Shown here piece by piece: positions 25,901 through 39,340 of a stretch of DNA of 64,000 nt (positions within the stretch are counted from its first letter, which is position 1; every line of letters starts with the position of its first letter). The notes under the pieces are model-generated. The model saw nothing but the letters and a program-made list of their open reading frames with translations. It was not told where the DNA came from and ran no database searches. Made by a program: the position numbers and the translations under genes. The stretch is from positions 157,978,001 to 158,042,000 of the forward strand of contig NC_086097.1 of the NCBI RefSeq assembly GCF_963921235.1. The letters are read 5' to 3'. This stretch comes from Mobula hypostoma. Lineage: Eukaryota.

Positions 25901-28900
25901 AGGCAAAGAAAGGCTTGCTGGAATCAAAAGCAATTGCCCAAAATGTAGACTAAAATAGAGTAAACAGAAAATACACAATCTAAAAGATAATATTTAAAAG
26001 TACTTCAGATGCCATAAATTAATTTAAAGAACAATGTCTGCGGTTAAGCAGACAAATTCAATATCTGTTGTGCACAAAGTATTGCTGGACACCACACAAT
26101 AAAATTAATGACAAATTATTGATGGCTTTGGTCTGCATTGTCCCTTGAGTAAGTGCAGAAAAGATTTACTGGAACAATACCAAAACTGAGAAGTAAAATT
26201 TAAAAGTCAAGGCTCTCAAGTTAAATGCCTTTTCTTTGGAAAACAAGATTATGGAAGGTTTTGCAAACTAAACAGTTCTGCTTGTTTCTTTCAATGGAAA
26301 GGACTACAATGAAAGCATATAACTATGGTGTTGTCTTTAATCAGTACAGTATCAATGGGAACTGTATCCTATTCAGAGAGCACTTTAAAACATCGTATCA
26401 CAAACGGGATATCACAGACATAATGAAGTGGAAGCTAGATAAACAGTGAGAGAAAGGAAATAGAGACAAGTTTAGGTTGAATGGGAGTTCAATGAAGAAT
26501 AGGAAGAATCTCATATAGATTCCAGTGCAGCAATAGACAGGTCTATTCATCTGAAGGGCCTATTACCACATTGTAAATACATTGGAGCTAAGTACATGTC
26601 TTAGCAACAGTCGAGCAAAAAAAGACACGGGTCAACAGAACAGCACTGAGAAGCAGAAACCGGTGGTATTGCAGCTGAAGTCCTGCAGCAGGAACCACTC
26701 TCTAACTCAGCAGCTGGAACACAATCTGAGCCACTGGTCAATGCAGCACGTGGAAGAGCTTGGAAGTGGCATAAATAAATAAATGATAGACAGACTAATG
26801 AAGGTGTGGGGAAACAGAATTAGACCAAAACTAAGAGAGGAAGAGGCCAGAAGAGAAGCATAGGGGGAAAATACTTTCTGTCTGGAATTGTAGTTAGAAA
26901 TGGCTTAATGAGGGAATCTCTGATAACATTTACAAAGTTACTTTCAGCAGGAATTTAATCACAAGAAAATTGAAAACAATGATAAAAAATATGGAGAAAA
27001 GAATAGGATACAACTTAAGGTGAACAAGATGTTAGCTCCCACAGTGCCAGCTTGGATTCATCAACCAATATTTAATAGTCATGAATGACTGTTGAACACA
27101 TTGCTGAAAAAAGGTAACAGGTATTCTATAAGGGAAAATCTAATTATTTCACGGTGCTTCAGACAAGTTGAACTGTTACTCTGTTTCACTCCATGATAAC
27201 TTTCTCTGTTTACATTTCACAAGTAAAGCTTCTGCAACAATAGTTTGTAATGAGACAGAAATTTTGTTATCTAGTAACATTAGTAACTACATAAACCTCA
27301 ACTACAGTATTTGGAGTCATGATCATAACATGTTTTTATGGAAATAATTGTCATGAATAAAATAATTGTCATGAATCAAATAAATATAAAGCGGAATAAC
27401 AGGTAAAATCGAGACACCAGGCTTAAACATGAGAAAAAGGGTTAAAACTCCTGTCAGATAGCATGCTCAATTACCGTATGATAGAGTAAGGATTCTGATA
27501 GAGTAGATGGGGAGAAGCTGTTTTGACTGGCAGGAGGGTCAATAACTAGAGAATCATTGCTTTAAAATAATTGGCAAAAAAACCTTGGGGGATATGTATA
27601 CTTTTTTATTTCAGCAAGTTAATACGATCTGAAATGCATTGTCTTAAAGTCTAGTGGAGTCAAATTCAGACTTAAATTTTGAAAGAGAATTTGATCTATT
27701 TAAAACGGAAACACTTCTAAGGCTGTGAGAAGAGAGCAGTGAAGTCAAGCTAACTGGAAAGATTTCTAACAAAGCTAGGATATGCATGACAGAGCAAATT
27801 ACCTCCTCCTGTGTTGTATATAATTTTATAAGATATTATGCAGAAATAATGTAATGAAACTGGGGAGAAGAGCAAGTTAAATCCTCTTTCTTTTCTGCAG
27901 GTTCCGATTTGGAAAATGTCATCTTGAAAATTGTGCAATGATTAGGATTTTGCTGTCAGCAGCTAAAAGACGACTCCAAACATTCATTATACTTAGATTT
28001 GACTCTGTTTAATGTGGGCTTATTAAAATGCAACTAGCCATTAATAGAAGTGAGAGGAAACAGGACAGGGATGTCTTAGCGGATAGCACACCCATGATCA
28101 CAGAAAGCAACATGGAAAATTAGGGAAAAATCAGACTAATGAATGCTTACATGAGTGAAGAAACCTGCCCTTGCTTATTGTCATAAAATATGTGTTTGAG
28201 AATATCAGGCACCTTCAAATCAAATGAAATCAATGGAATCAATTCTAACGAGGTAAGTACAATTTAAACCCATACTTGCTATCAGTGCTTGCGACTAAAA
28301 CAAATTTCTCCCTCCCCACACCACAGATCTAACTTAGAAAGTGAATACTGAAATATTTAACTCAATGTTAAAGTATATGTAGAATATAACACAAAAGGAA
28401 AGAAAGTTTTGTATTAATTAAAATACAGAAATAAAACATTTAGATTTTTCTTAGGTACAAGAGATTCTGCAGATGCTGGAAACTTTTAGTATCAAGGGAG
28501 TTAGTTGGCAATATTTAAAACTTCACATCTTGTTAAAAATTCACTAACACTTAAAGCTGTACAAGAATGAGAAGGAGAGGATCATAAAGTACATCAATTT
28601 TTTGTGCAGTTCATTGAGGTCATTGTTGATTTTTAACCTCCTTCATTTTCCATAACACCTCCATTACTCCTCCAAATTCCCTGTCATCTTCATCAAATGA
28701 AAATAATTCAACTGCCAATACTGGAAATCCAAAGTAACAATAATAGATGATGCTTGACCTGCTGAGTACTTCAAGATTTACTGTTTTTATCCCAACTTCC
28801 TCAATACTCAAACACTTAATTGTTCTCCAATTTGACTACTCAATGACAGTGGTCAAAGTATTAGGAGTTTAAAAATTTCGAAGATTCACAACCCTTGGAA

Positions 28901-29319
28901 ATAAAACAACTCATTTCTGTCATAAAGTCCTTATCCTGAGATTATGTCCCATAGGTCTACACTTTGCAGCCCTAAACAAAAAAAGAACTTCCAACATCCA
29001 ACCTAATAAAACTTCTATTAATATAATCCTTTTCAAAGAGTTTGCCACTCATTCTCCTAACCTCCAGTGAATATGAACATATAGTGCTTGGTCTTTCCAC
29101 ATCAGATATCTCTCTAAATGACTCAATATCATGTCCTAAGTTTTTCTGATGTATTTAAAGGATAATCAGATTTTGAAACAAGAAGAGTAGGAAGAAACTC
29201 AATGTGGATTATAAATGTTTCAAAAGACCTATTGTGTTGAATGGGGCATATTGACTTGTAAATTCAACGTAACTTTCTAAGTGTTTCAGTGTTGATTAAT
29301 CAACAGGAGGATGTCGGGT

Positions 29320-29470
29320 CAACAGAGTATTGACTTAACTTCTCATTTGAAGGACAGCACCCTCAACATTGCTATTTTAGCTTGCACTGAAAGGGAAAGT
29401 TGCATTGTTTGCTCAAGTTCTGCAGCCAGCAACATTTTCTGACTCGGCAGTGAAAGCACAACCAACCTAT
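29320..29470 (-). mobile_element. Old DeuSINE/SacSINE-like SINE remnant
   Basis: TTAACTTCTCATTTGAAGGACAGCACC...TGCTCAAGT...TTCTGACTC resembles the reverse complement of the Deu domain and head. Similar remnants near 30085-30260, 42290-42330 and 43300-43790. Recognised from memory and highly diverged. Confidence 0.45.
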
Positions 29471-31002
29471 GCCATGCTGGCAAATACTCCACATGGAAGG
29501 GCTTGGATTTAGTGTGAGGTAACCGGGTTTACACAGCAGAGCGACAAGGCAGTGCTATGATTATAGTCCTGGGAACATGAAGAAACCTGGACAGCACTTC
29601 GTTGGCTTCTGTCAGAAGTTTCTCTACCATTACTCATGCAAAAGTGATCAATTCAAGATCCAGAGCAATGTAATATTAAAACCACCACACAATGTGCTCC
29701 AATTAAAATGAACACTGTTTCAATTTATTTGCAAAGCTGATTCACGCAATGATTATATTTTGTATTCTTTATTGTCACATATTGTGCTTTGTTACAAAGA
29801 GGAGCACATAATTCACTCAGCTTTGCTTTATCACTGTATTTAATGAACTGCTGGAAAGATACAGCCAAGGGTGAGGAGACTTTCTGCAGAATCCCCTTTC
29901 AGTGACGTGATGAATGGTGATTAAAGTTTAAGCATGAACTTTCAACTCAGTGGGGTGGATGTGCTGTCACCAGGTTATGTGAATGAAATATTTTCTTAAG
30001 AACCTTGAAGGAAATATTCAAACAAAAAGAAGTTACACTTTTTTTTGGTAATTCCTAACCTGACATACCCAATTTTTCACTTTACAGTCAGAAGGATGTT
30101 GGCTCAAGTGTCTTTCCAGAGACTTGAATGTCAAACAGGATACAATATTGATGAGGTGACTGGGTTTCAGATGCTATTTCAGATAAGAAGTTTAACTAAG
30201 CTGTTGTTCTTCTTTTGAACTGAATGGGCAAAGGTGGCCAGGCAAAATTTGAAGAGCAGCAAGCGTACCATGGCACACTGACTGATAACCCTTTAGCAGC
30301 ATCAAGACCAAATCCTCTCTTCATGATCACTTTGCTATGCAAATTGGCCGTACAACTTCAGACACCAGTAAGCACTTTTATTCACAGTGAAATACTGTGA
30401 GTTATCTTGATGGTAAAAGATACAATATTCATTTCTCTCATCCCTTTTCTCTTGAGGTGTATCAAATTCTTTCCTGAGTACTTCTGTCATGTTTGTTCCA
30501 ATGACCTTTGTTACCAATATCTTGTGTGTTTCCAACTGATTTTCATCTTTATTAATGGACATCCTGATTTTTATCTTTCATTTGTTAGTTACTGAGTATT
30601 ACATCATCAATGTAGATTCATTTCAATCAACTTTGACAGTTCCTTTTCTAACCTTGAAAACAATTTGAGGTTACCTTGTTCCATCCCTTTTCTTCGACAA
30701 GGATAAAAAGCTCACAGTTTCTTCTTTTTTCAAAATTTTCATAATAACTTATAAGTGCCAAAATATAAAGTTTCAGGTACTTCTGCTAAACCCTTAGCAA
30801 TCAGATATCCTCTTTCAGTTATCCTTGCATTCAGACGTACACTTCTAACTAAACACAAACATTAAATGAAGTGCCAGCATAGCCCCTAGCACAATCTCTT
30901 TCCTTCTGTGGCACTGAGGTTCACGGGCCAGACCCTTCATCGATTCTTGATCGGTTCTCAGTTATCAACTGAATTTACATAAAATATTTGACAAGGCCCA
31001 TC

Positions 31003-31570
31003 ATAAGACCATAAGACATAGGAGCAGAAATAGGCCAGTCAATCATAGCTGATCCTTTTTCCCACTCTTAAGAACCATTCCCCAGCCTTATCCCCGTAAG
31101 CTTTGATGCCGTGTCTGATCAATAACCTATCAAGCTCTGCCTTAAATACGCCCAATGACCTGGTCTCCACAGCCGCCTGTGGTAACAAATTCCACAAATT
31201 CACCAACCTCTGGCTAAAGAAATTACTCTGCATCTCTGTCTTAAATGCATGCCCTCTATCCTGAGGCTGTGACCTCTTGCCTAGACCTCCACCATGGGAA
31301 ACATCCTTTCCACCTCTACTTTCTCTAGGCCTTTCAACATTTGAAACATTCCAATGAGATCCCCTCTCACCTTTCTAAATTCTAGCAAGTACAGACTCAG
31401 AGCCATCAAACATTCCTGGTATGATAACCTTTTCATTCCCGGAATCATCCTTGCGAACCTCCTCTGAACCCTCTCCAATGCCAGCACATCTTTTCTTAGA
31501 TGAGGAGCCCAAAACGGTTCACAATACTCAAGGTGAGGCCTCACCAGTGCCTTACAAAGCCTCACCATCA
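31003..31570 (-). mobile_element. CR1 LINE 3' fragment
   Basis: ORF 31281-31568 LVRPHLEYCEPFWAP...ERVQRRF, plus the ATAAGACCATAAGACATAGG tail. Confidence 0.9.
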
Positions 31571-32189
31571 GATTCTGAAGATTAAGTCACATGAAATTCA
31601 CAGAAAGTTGGTAGGTTGAATTCAAAATTAGGTTAGTCATAGAAGGTAGTCATGGGTGTGGTGACGGCATGGATGGTGTCATTCTGACCAGTGGCAATGC
31701 AGAGTCTAAGAGACACATGGTCATACAGCACATACAGGATCCTTGGCCCTATTCAACCATGCTGACCAAGATGCCTATCTGCACTCGTCCCATTTTCCTG
31801 CATTTGGCCCATATCCTTTTAAGATTTTTCCTCTTCATGTACCTCTCCAAATATCTCTTAAATGCCGTAGTTACTCCCACATGATTGGTGTGGTCTGAAA
31901 TGCCTGTGAGTATTCAGTACTGTTCTACATTCTGACTAATCAGGGCACCACACATGCAATGCAAAAAATTGCTGATGCTGTATGTCTGAAATAAAGACAG
32001 AATATGTTGTAAATGCTCAGCAGATCAGGCAGCATCTGTGGAAAGTGAAACAGGGTCTTAGTCTGTAATGTGAACCCCGTTTTCTCTTTCTATTGATACA
32101 ATAAAATGTGTCATAGTGTCCTTGTGAAGAAATTGGCCAGGAATTCTAAACTATTAGCTCAATACTCAGATGTAAAATTAAAAAGTTCT

Positions 32190-33067
32190 CTGTAACTTCC
32201 GCCACTTCCAATGGGATCACAGTGCCAAGCATGTCTGTCCCTCCCCACTTTCCACTTTCTACTGGGATCGCTCCCCACACAACTCCCTTGTCCACTCTTC
32301 CCTCCCCTCTGATCTCCCTCCTGGTACTTATCCTTGCAAACAGACAAGTGCCACACCTGCCCCTACACCTCCTCCCTCACTACCATTCAGGGCCCTGAAC
32401 AGTCCTCCCGGGTGACGCAATACTTTACCTGCAAGTCTGTAGGAGTCATCTACTGTAGCCAGTGTTCATGGTGTGGCCGCCTATATATCGGTGAGACCTG
32501 ATGTAGATTGGGAGACTGCTTCATTGAACACCTTCCCTCCGTCCGTCACCCATTTCAATTCTACTTCTCATTCCCATTCCGACATGTCAGTCCATCTTCT
32601 CCTCTACTGCCACGATGAGGCCACACTCAGGTTGGAGGGGCAATATCTTATATTCCATCTGGGTTGCTTCCAACCTAATAGCATGAACATCTATTTCTCG
32701 AACTTTAAGTAATTGCCCCCCCCTTCACCATTCCCCATTCCTGTGTCCCTCGCTCACCTTATCTCCTTACCTGCCTATCACCGCCCTTTGGTGCTCCTCC
32801 TCTTCCATGGTCTTCTGTCCTCTCCTATCAGATTCCACCTTCTCCCTCTCATCAAGCAGCTTCACAGCTCTTTACTTTACCCCCTCCCCCCTCCCAGTTT
32901 CAGCAATCACCTACCACCTTGAACTTCTTCCTCCCCACCTTCTTGGTCTGACTTGTTCCCTCTTCCTTTCCAGTCCTGATGAGAGGTCTTGGCCTGAAAC
33001 ACTCACTGTTCCTTTCCGTAGATGCTGCCTAGCCTGCTGAGTTCCTCCAGCATTTTACATGTGTTGT
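32190..33067 (+). mobile_element. Penelope-like element 3' part (GIY-YIG endonuclease remnant plus terminal repeat)
   Basis: GVIYCSQCSWCGRLYIGET near 32440-32500, a pyrimidine-rich 3' region, and a terminal repeat with a degenerate CTGATGA...GAAA motif at ~32971-33008. Confidence 0.85.
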
Positions 33068-35151
33068 CTCATAAAAAGCTGGAGACTGGAAGAGTTAAAG
33101 GAAATTTTCTATTCTCTTTTTGACAACTCACAGATCACGAAATTTAAAAAGTTGCAAACTAAAAATAATGCTGATGTAATATATTTTATTTCAGTAATGA
33201 GTCTTCTGATTAAGGACTGATGCTGGAAATCAAGTCATTCATATCTTTTACCTTTTCCTCAGAATAGACAAAGGTTATCCAGAGCCCCCACTAATGTCAT
33301 ATAATATCATTCACTTACATCAGATATCTGTGGTGAATGTTGCCATCAAAAATATAAATACAGTGTGATTCATAATAAATATGAAAATATTCTTCAAATA
33401 CAGCTATCTAGCTGGGATTCCATTAAACTAACGTGATGAGTCAACTTATCAATATATATTACAATATCGGCATCATCTGCAGATGAACATTGAACTTTTG
33501 TTCATTTAAAAAGATACAGATTAACGGTCTATATATTTTGCAAGTGAGCAATACAAGGCATTTTCCCTTTTTGAAGCAAACCGACTTTGTTAACTGAAAT
33601 AAACCTATCTGCAGAAATTTCATTTTCATTGTGTTCCTTTTTCCACACATTTTATCTGGTTCAATTAACTTTAAATTACATAAATCTGTGAAAGCTTTGG
33701 AGAATTGCAGAACAATATTATCCTTCACTAGTTAATTATGATGGGCATCTTGACATTATCAGCATTCTAGGTTTGAATGGCTACTGGTATAGTGAGGAAT
33801 GCACAGAAGAAAGACGTGGTAGGAAATTATAGACAAGACAAAATTCTAACACTAACATTTTGTGACCAAATGACTCACAAAGGTTCTACAATCTAATAAT
33901 AAAAGCAGGCAAGCGCCCATCTTTCAAAATGTGCTGATCATACCAGTTGGTGGCTTTTATAACTAACTGTCAATTCAAAAGGCAGCCATTGTCTGGCTGT
34001 GGTGGAGATGGTGGGTGGGCAAAATTAAACATAATTTGGTAACTACTTGGTTTTTGTACAAACTTTTGGAATGAATCTCTTGAAATGTGAGATACTAAAA
34101 TGGACAAATTGTCCCTACTAACATTGAATAATAAGAATAGAAATAGTAAGTACATTAGTGAGAATGCAGAAGAGGTTCAGCAGAATGTTGACTGGATTAG
34201 AGAGAATCAGCTACAAGGGAAGTTTGGACAAAAGAGGATTGTTTCCTCGGAAGTGTCAGAGGCAGAGGGGCATTTTGATCTGGTATATACAATTATGAGA
34301 GGGATAGGCAGAGTAGGTAGTCAAAGTCTTTTCCCTATAGTAGGAATGATAAATGCTTAAGCACATGGATTTAGATTGAAAGGGAGAAAGATTAAAGGAA
34401 ATTTATGAATCTTTATTTTTACACTGAAACTGGTGGATTCCAGCAATGTGCTGCCAAGGGAGGCAGTGGAAGCAGATATGATGGCAATGTTTAAAAGGCA
34501 TATGAACAGACAAGGATTGGAGGGATTATAGGCCATGTTCATGCATGTGGGATTATTTAAATTGGCATCGTGTTTGGCACTGGTATTGTGTTTTGGTGCT
34601 GCACCCCTCTATGCCCATGTTTCATGTCCAAGCAACTACATGCTTTCACTTCCTGTCCCATTTTCTTTACAATCTGTCTTTATCACCTTCAGTGTGTGTA
34701 AAAAAAAGATTCCTCTGTCCTTGCAAACTATTATTCCATATTCAAAGTCTCTTTGAAGTACTTCACACTCATTTTTCCCAAAGTCATATCTAAGTTCCTT
34801 GGTCTCTTTGTTCAAATATTTGGATTTAGGAGAGGGCCAGGGGTTAATGATTCAAGGCGTAAGAGGAGGATGAAAGAGATGAAAAGGATAAATTCTGCTC
34901 CTATATCTTAGAAGATACAAGGAGAAGGGAAAGAATGGGGTTGAAAGGAGTAACAAATCAGCTATGACAGAATGGCAGGCAGTCTGGATGGGCCAAATGG
35001 CCTAATTCTGCTCCTAAATTTGTGGTCTTATGGTTTTCAATGTAGCAATACCCCAAGTGCAAAGCCCTGATTAATTTAGTTTCTGACTGCAATGTATTTC
35101 CTCTCTTTGACTACCATATCCTCTTCCAATTATTGTACTTTGTTGTTCTAC

Positions 35152-35380
35152 TGTGGTAAACCATGTATATATGTTGTAACTGGGTTACCTGTCTGGACAC
35201 ACCCCTCTGCTGACTGCCCCTGTGGCTCCTCCCACAGAGTCCTGTATAAAGGTGTTCACCTTGCCCCTCCCCCTCAGTCCAGGGGCAGACACTCACTGTG
35301 GAGGTCGTATTGTACAGCGAATAAAAGCCTTTCAGTATTTTACCAAACCTCAGTCTTTTGGAGTAATTGAAGGTGCTTCA
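35152..35380 (+). repeat. 5' LTR of copy B
   Basis: TATAAA at 35245-35250 and AATAAA at 35320-35325. Differs from the 3' LTR at 3 of 229 sites by manual alignment. Confidence 0.97.
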
Positions 35381-35406
35381 ATTTTATTTGCTGTACGTTT
35401 TAAAAC

Positions 35407-38400
35407 ATGGAACAGTCCCTGAGACCAGAAAAATTAGACCTCAATCCGCAGACACCTGAAGCTGGAAACGCTTTTGAACTCTGGCCGGCCTGCTTCAAAG
35501 CATACCTAGAGGAGATTAAAGCGACCGACCCCGTAGCGAAGCGCAGAGTTCTACTCTCCAGGGTCAGTCCACGGGTCTATTCGCTGATCAGAGACCAGCC
35601 GAACTACGACGGCGCGATGAACACACTCAAAAGACAATACCTGCGGCCGATAAACAGCGTCTATGCTCGGCACCGTTTAGCGACACAGCAACAACGTCCC
35701 GGGGAATCGAGTGCTGAGTTCGTCCAGGCCCTACGGACGCTCGTGCGAGCCTGCAATTGCCAGGAGCTGACAGCGGCGCAGCATGCAGAACTCCTAGTGA
35801 GAGACGACTTCGTCACGGGGACCAGGTCAGTGTACGTGCGCCAGCGGCTGCTGGAAAAAGCCGATCTTACCCTAAATTCGGCGATGGAGCTGGCTGATAC
35901 GTTGGAGGCCGCTCTGCATAACTCCGAGGCTCTCCAGGCACGCGATCCCCCGATGGCCTCGTGGGTGCCGCAGACCCCGCAACCTGCTGGCGAATCGACC
36001 TCGGCTGCCGCCAGTCGTGAGTCTGCGAAGTGCTACTTCTGCGGACTGGAAAAGCATCCCCGGAAACGCTGCCCGGCCCGACAAGCTACCTGCTCCAGCT
36101 GCGGAAAGAAGGCCACTTCGCCAAGGTTTGTAAGTCAAAACCACGAGCGCGATCGAGCAGTGCCGCGTGCGAGACGTGGGGGTCGCCATCTTCCCTGCAT
36201 GCCACCACCACGTGCGAGAAATGGGGGCGGCCATCTTGGTCGGTGCCACCTCCCACCACCTACGACCAACAGGTACTCACGGGGCACCCCACCACGCCGG
36301 ACCAAGACAGCGACCCCACCCTGGCTTCCGTGACCCTCAACCAAAGCACTCCCCACCAGCTCGCAAGGTCAATGATGGACATCCTGGTGGAGGGGCACAG
36401 GACAAGCTGCCTGTTTGACACAGGCGGCACGGACAGTTTTATCCACCCGGCCACGGTGCAGCATTGTGGACTCATGATATGGCCAGTCAGTCGGAGGGTC
36501 ACTATGGCCTCCAGGTCGCATACAGCAGACACCCGGGGGGGGGGGGGTTGTGTAGCGACACTAGTGGTGCAGGGCACTGAATATCGGGACTTTGTGTTAC
36601 TGGTCTTGCCTCAACTGTGTGCCCCTGTGCTGTTGGGGTTGGACTTCCAGAGCCACCTGAAAAGCGTGACAATGAAGTATGATGGGCCCCTCCCACCAAT
36701 TACTGTCATAAATCCCCTGTTTTGTAGAGATATGTCACGTACCCCGCTACTGACCACACACACACCGACCCGCGCATCCCACCCAACATCATGCCAACTG
36801 CCACACTACCGACACCACTTGCGGCCTCTCCACCCTCAGGATCCCTCCCCCACCGCTGTTCGCCAACCTGACCCCCAACTATAAACCTGTGGCAACTAAA
36901 AGCAGGAGGTACAGCGCGGGGGACAGAGCTTTCATTAAGTCGGAGGTGCAGCGGCTGCTGAGGGAGGGGGTCACTGAGGCAAGCACAAGTCTTTGGAGGG
37001 CGCAGGTGGTGGTTGTTCGGAACAGAGAGAAGAATAGGATGGTCGTGGACTATAGCCAGACCATCAATAGGTTCACGCAGCTCGACGCGTACCCTCTACC
37101 CTGCATCGCGGATGTGGTCAATCAGATAGCACAGTACAAGGTGTACTCAACCATAGCCCTAAAATCCGCTTACCATCAGCTCCCCATCCGCCGGGAGGAC
37201 CGCCCTTACACTGCCTTCGAGGCGGATGGCAGGTTTTAACACTTCCTGCACGTCCCCTTTGGTGTCACAAATGGTGTATCTGTCTTCCAGAGGGCAATGG
37301 ATCGGATGGTGGACCAGTGCCAACTGAAGGCCATGTTCCCATATCTGGATAACATCACCATCTGCGGTCATGACCAGCAGGATCACGACAACAACCTCCA
37401 AAAATTTCTCCAAGCGGCCAAATCTTTCAACCTCACCTATAACAAGGACAAGTGTGTATTTGGGACCACCCGACTTGCTATCCTTGGGTGTGTCGTGGAG
37501 AATGGAGTCATTGGCCCTGACCCCGACCGTATGCGCCCCTTGTTGGAACTCGCTCTTCCCAATACCCTCAGAGCCCTCAAAAGGTGCCTGGGCTTCTTTT
37601 CATATTACGCCCAATGGGTCTCTAACTATGCAGACAAGGCCCACCCCCTGGTCAAGTCCACCACATTCCCCCTCTCTGCCGAGGCCCACACGGCCTTCAA
37701 CCACATAAAAGGGGACATTGCCAAAGCAGCAATGCATGCGGTGGATGAGGCCATTCCCTTCCAAGTAGAGAGTGACGCCTCCGACTTTGCGCTGGCTGCT
37801 ACCCTCAACCAGGCAGGAAGACCAGTGGCGTTATTCTCCCGTACCCTTCAAGGCCCTGAAATTCGGCACTCTGTGGTAGAGGAAGAGGCCCAGGCCATAG
37901 TGGAAGCTATAAGGCACTGGAGGCACTATTTTGCCGGCAAAAGGTTCACCCTGCTAACTGACCAGCGCTCAGTCGCATTCACGTTTAATAATCAGCAGCG
38001 GAGCAAAATCTAAAATGATAAAATTCTGAGGTGGAGAATCGAACTCTCCACCTACAACTATGACATCATGTACAGGCCTGGGAAGCTCAACGAGCCCTCC
38101 GATGCCCTGTCCCGGGGAACATGCGCCAGCATGCAGATCGACCGGCTATACGCCCTACATGTAGACCTTTGCCACCCGGGAGTCACCCGGCTTTTCCACT
38201 TCGTGAAAGCCCAGAACCTGCCTTACTCCCTTGAGGAGATCAGGATGATGACCAGGGACTGCCAAGTCTGAGCAGAGTGCAAAATGCACTTCTACCGACC
38301 CGAAAAGGCACCACTCATCAAGGCCACCCGCCCCTTTGAGCGACTGAGTGTTGACTTTAAGGGCCCCCTTCCCTCCACCGACCGCAATGTGTACTTTCTT

Positions 38401-39270
38401 AACGTAACTGACGAGTACTCACGGTTCCCCTTCGCCATCCCCTGCCCCGACACCACTACCACGTCAGTTATAAAAGCCCTGCGCAAGCTCTTCACTCTGT
38501 TCGGATACCCATGCTATATCCACAGTGACAGAGGGTCCTCGTTTATGAGTGATGAGCTGCGCCAATATCTACTGGCTAGGGGAATTGCAACCAGTAGGAC
38601 CACGAGCTATAATCCCCGGGGGAATGGACAGGTAGAGGAGGAGAATGGCACAGTGTGGAGAGCCACACGCTTAGCCCTCAGGTCAAAGGGACTGTCAGTC
38701 TCTCACTGGCAGGAGGTCCTTCCCGAGGCACTCCACTCCATCCGCTCCCTGTTATGCACAGCCACCAATGCCACCCCTCATGAGCGGCTCTTTTCTTTTC
38801 CCAGAAAATCGAACACTGGAACCACCCTACCATCTTGGCTGATGTCCCCGGGGCCAGTGCTGCTCCGGAAACATGCGAGGAGCAATAAATACTCCCCGAT
38901 AGTCAAGAGGGTTCACTTACTTCATGCGAACCCCCAGTTTGCCTACGCGGTTTTACCTGATGGGCGGGAGGACACGGTCTCCATCCGCGACCTGGCGCCC
39001 GCAGGAGCTCCGGGCCCCTACCCTGAACACTCTGTGGTGACTATTGACCCCGTACCCACAAATGTATGTACCTACGAGACACCGTGCACCCCAAACCCTA
39101 TACAGACACCACACGACACTCCCATACCGGGCGCGACACACACGCATGAGGGATTACCGACGCCTAACGTGCTGGCACCTGAAGTCAGGCCGGAGCCAGC
39201 ACAACCGCCATCGCCGGTGCTACGTAGATCACAGCGACGGACTCGACCGCCTGATAGACTTAACCTGTAA
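35407..39270 (+). pseudogene. Disrupted single-ORF gag-pol of Gypsy copy B
   Basis: Two zinc knuckles (CYFCGLEKHPRKRC; CSSCGKK/GHFAKVC across a frameshift), LFDTG, YLDN, ESDASD, LHVDLCHPG...CQV*AEC, and VDFKG/HSDRG/GQVE. Stops at 37237, 38011 and 38269; frameshifts near 36110 and ~36770. Confidence 0.95.
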
Positions 39271-39340
39271 ATATACTTCTTGTAAATATTGTCAGTCACT
39301 TCACCCCGCGGGACTCTTTTTAAAAAAAAGGAGGGGTGAA

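Noticed and set aside
27342..27376. 18-bp-period tandem duplication
   Set aside because: Ordinary short slippage duplication in AT-rich DNA.
27901..28251. Strong splice acceptor (TCTTTTCTGCAG) and donor (GAG/GTAAGT)
   Set aside because: All three frames close early and there are no partner exons.
35407..39270. Gypsy copy B as an active element, or programmed frameshifting at its ORF breaks
   Set aside because: It has three in-frame stops, and its frameshifts are not shared with copy A, so they are decay lesions.
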